From an uncultured Methanoregulaceae archaeon (GTDB taxonomy: Archaea; Halobacteriota; Methanomicrobia; Methanomicrobiales; Methanospirillaceae), in assembly GCA_963841015.1 (NCBI GenBank), contig CAWJAX010000002.1, positions 480,001 to 544,000 on the forward strand: a stretch of DNA of 64,000 nucleotides. Reading direction: 5' to 3'. A model generated the notes under the pieces. That model was not told the origin of the DNA and did not search any database. It was given only the letters and a program-made list of their open reading frames with translations. The position numbers and the translations under genes were made by a program. Numbering within the stretch: position 1 is the stretch's first letter; every line of letters begins with the position of its first letter. This document shows positions 62,244 through 64,000 of the stretch, one piece after another.

Positions 62244-63114
62244 ATGAAGAAATTATTTGTTGTTCTCGCGATCCTGTTCATCGGGATTCTTCTCGCGGGC
62301 TGTACTTCCCAGCCGCCAGCACCTGTAGTAACTCCTACACCGACACCGGTCCCAACGACAGACTGCTCCTGAAGTTCGGGGCTGTTATGCTATCGTTGCT
62401 GATGATCCACAGTTCTCGGTACTCGGAACCGCACTCAGGGCAGCGAAACTTGAGACAGCGTTCGATAACGGATCATTTACCATTCTGGCACCCACTGACA
62501 CAGCATTCGCACAATTACCCAATGGTACGATTGCATCCCTGCTGAAGGATCCCGAGGGCCAGTTAAAACAGGTTCTTCTGAACCATGTTATCAGCCAGCC
62601 GGTAATGGCTGCTGAGGTTGTCAAGCTCGGTGAAGCAAAAACCATGCAAGGGACTGTCCTGAAGATCAATACGACTGACGGCGTGACCATTGGTGGTGCC
62701 AAGGTTACCAAAACCGACATTGTCTGTAAAAACGGGGTAATTCATGTTATCGATCGTGTTCTCGTACCCCCGGTTCAGGTAAAAACAGCATCCCCGACAC
62801 CCACCCCGAGCCCGACACCCCAGCCATCAACCACGATCACGTTCACCCGGGATTTAACCATACAGCCCAGCACAATGGTGTATATTAAAGTTGGCAGCAA
62901 AGTTGTCTGGAAGAACGACGATCCCTTCAAGCCTCATGGTATTGCAGCACTCGACAATCCGGACCCGAAGAGCTTAAAAATCTTCGGAAATCAATCGGCA
63001 GCGAATATACCCTACGGAAAGACGTATGAGGTAACCTTTAATGAAGCTGGCACGTACGATTACAAGACCGTATTCCAGCCAGAAACTACCGGATGGGTTA
63101 AAGTTACCAAGTAA
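62244..63114 (+). CDS. Lipoprotein with fasciclin (FAS1) domain and C-terminal cupredoxin-like domain (frameshift ~62361)
   Basis: MKKLF...LLAGC lipobox; FTILAPTDTAF and NGVIHVIDRVL FAS1 motifs; V.W.N.D..PH...YEVTF..AGTYDY. Confidence 0.85.
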
Positions 63115-63290
63115 CACAACAATAATCGTTCAGGAAAATTCAGCCTGAACAACCTTTTTTCATGCTCTTCTGAAAAGTCCTGTCAGGTTGCAAGATTATC
63201 GTAACATCCGTATCCAATAATTCTGCCCTTTAAAATATATGCTTACACTGCCTATCTGTGTACCATTATCATTCGAGTGGAGTACACATT

Positions 63291-64000
63291 ATGGGAAAAG
63301 GTACTATTGTTCTTGCATATTCGGGAGGGCTTGACACCTCTATCTGCATCCCGCTGTTAAAGGAACGGTATGATTACGATCGTGTTGTTACCGTTGCTGT
63401 CCATGTCGGTCAGCGGGATGAAGAGATTGACATAGCAACAAAAAAAGGGAAAAAACTCGCTGACCGACACTATACTATTGACGCCCGCAAAAAATTTGTA
63501 AACGAGCACATCTTCCCGGCAATACGTGCAAATGGATCCTATGAGGGATATCCGATGGGTATTTCCCTTGCCCGCCCCCTCATTGCTGAAGAAGTTGTGA
63601 AGATTGCCCGCAAGGAACGCGCAATAGCAATCGGACATGGTTGCACGGGTAAAGGCAATGATCAGCTCAGGTTTGATTTCATTATTCGCGGAGCTGGTCT
63701 TGAAGTGGTTGCACCAATACGCGAACTCAACCTGACCCGGGACTGGGAAATTGAGTATGCACGGCAACACAAGATTCCCGTACCAGTTAAAAAAGATAAG
63801 CCCTGGAGCATGGATGAGAACTGCTGGAGCCGGAGTATTGAAGGAGGAATGCTTGAAGATCCCGCATATCACCCTCCCGAAGAGATCTATTTGTGGACGG
63901 TACCTGTACAAAAAGCTCCCGATACACCGGAAAAACTCATCATTGAATTCAAAAATGGTATCCCTGTTGCACTGAATAAAAAGATACTCCCTGGCTACGA
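63291..64000 (+). CDS. argG: Argininosuccinate synthase (3' end outside window; not in ORF track)
   Basis: Manual translation [17 protein letters not shown]...[13 protein letters not shown]...SMDENCW.RSIEGG. Confidence 0.96.
   Translation, partial: MGKGTIVLAYSGGLDTSICIPLLKERYDYDRVVTVAVHVGQRDEEIDIATKKGKKLADRHYTIDARKKFVNEHIFPAIRANGSYEGYPMGISLARPLIAEEVVKIARKERAIAIGHGCTGKGNDQLRFDFIIRGAGLEVVAPIRELNLTRDWEIEYARQHKIPVPVKKDKPWSMDENCWSRSIEGGMLEDPAYHPPEEIYLWTVPVQKAPDTPEKLIIEFKNGIPVALNKKILPGY

Overview
A 64-kb chromosomal window from a methanogenic archaeon, most likely Methanomicrobiales (Methanoregula/Methanolinea-like; inferred from archaeal PolB, form III RubisCO, XPD, TATA-box promoters and Methanomicrobiales-style PAS kinases). 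The first ~27 kb is an oxidative/heat-stress island. It holds rubredoxin-fused enzymes, a KaiA-less kaiC-kaiB-kaiB operon coupled to an ~11-PAS histidine kinase and a REC-PadR regulator, grpE-dnaK-dnaJ, Hsp20s, and SOD plus a ferritin-like cargo and a Family 1 encapsulin. Up to seven promoters or candidate promoters in this island, including kaiC's, share a TGNNNCA-AAAT(C/T)-TG motif 17 nt upstream of a TATA-like box. The rest is mostly housekeeping (mdh, polB, uvrB, polX, rbcL, pyrD/K, mobA, ogt, xpd, carAB, argG) plus a second redox cluster. It also carries a membrane-anchored HTH regulator with two secreted-protein genes that share a promoter motif. A degenerate, hairpin-rich ~400-bp intergenic repeat occurs 8-9 times. 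About a dozen single-base frameshifts are probably sequencing or assembly errors. No tRNA, rRNA, CRISPR or transposase was seen. All family calls are by motif recognition; no database search was run.
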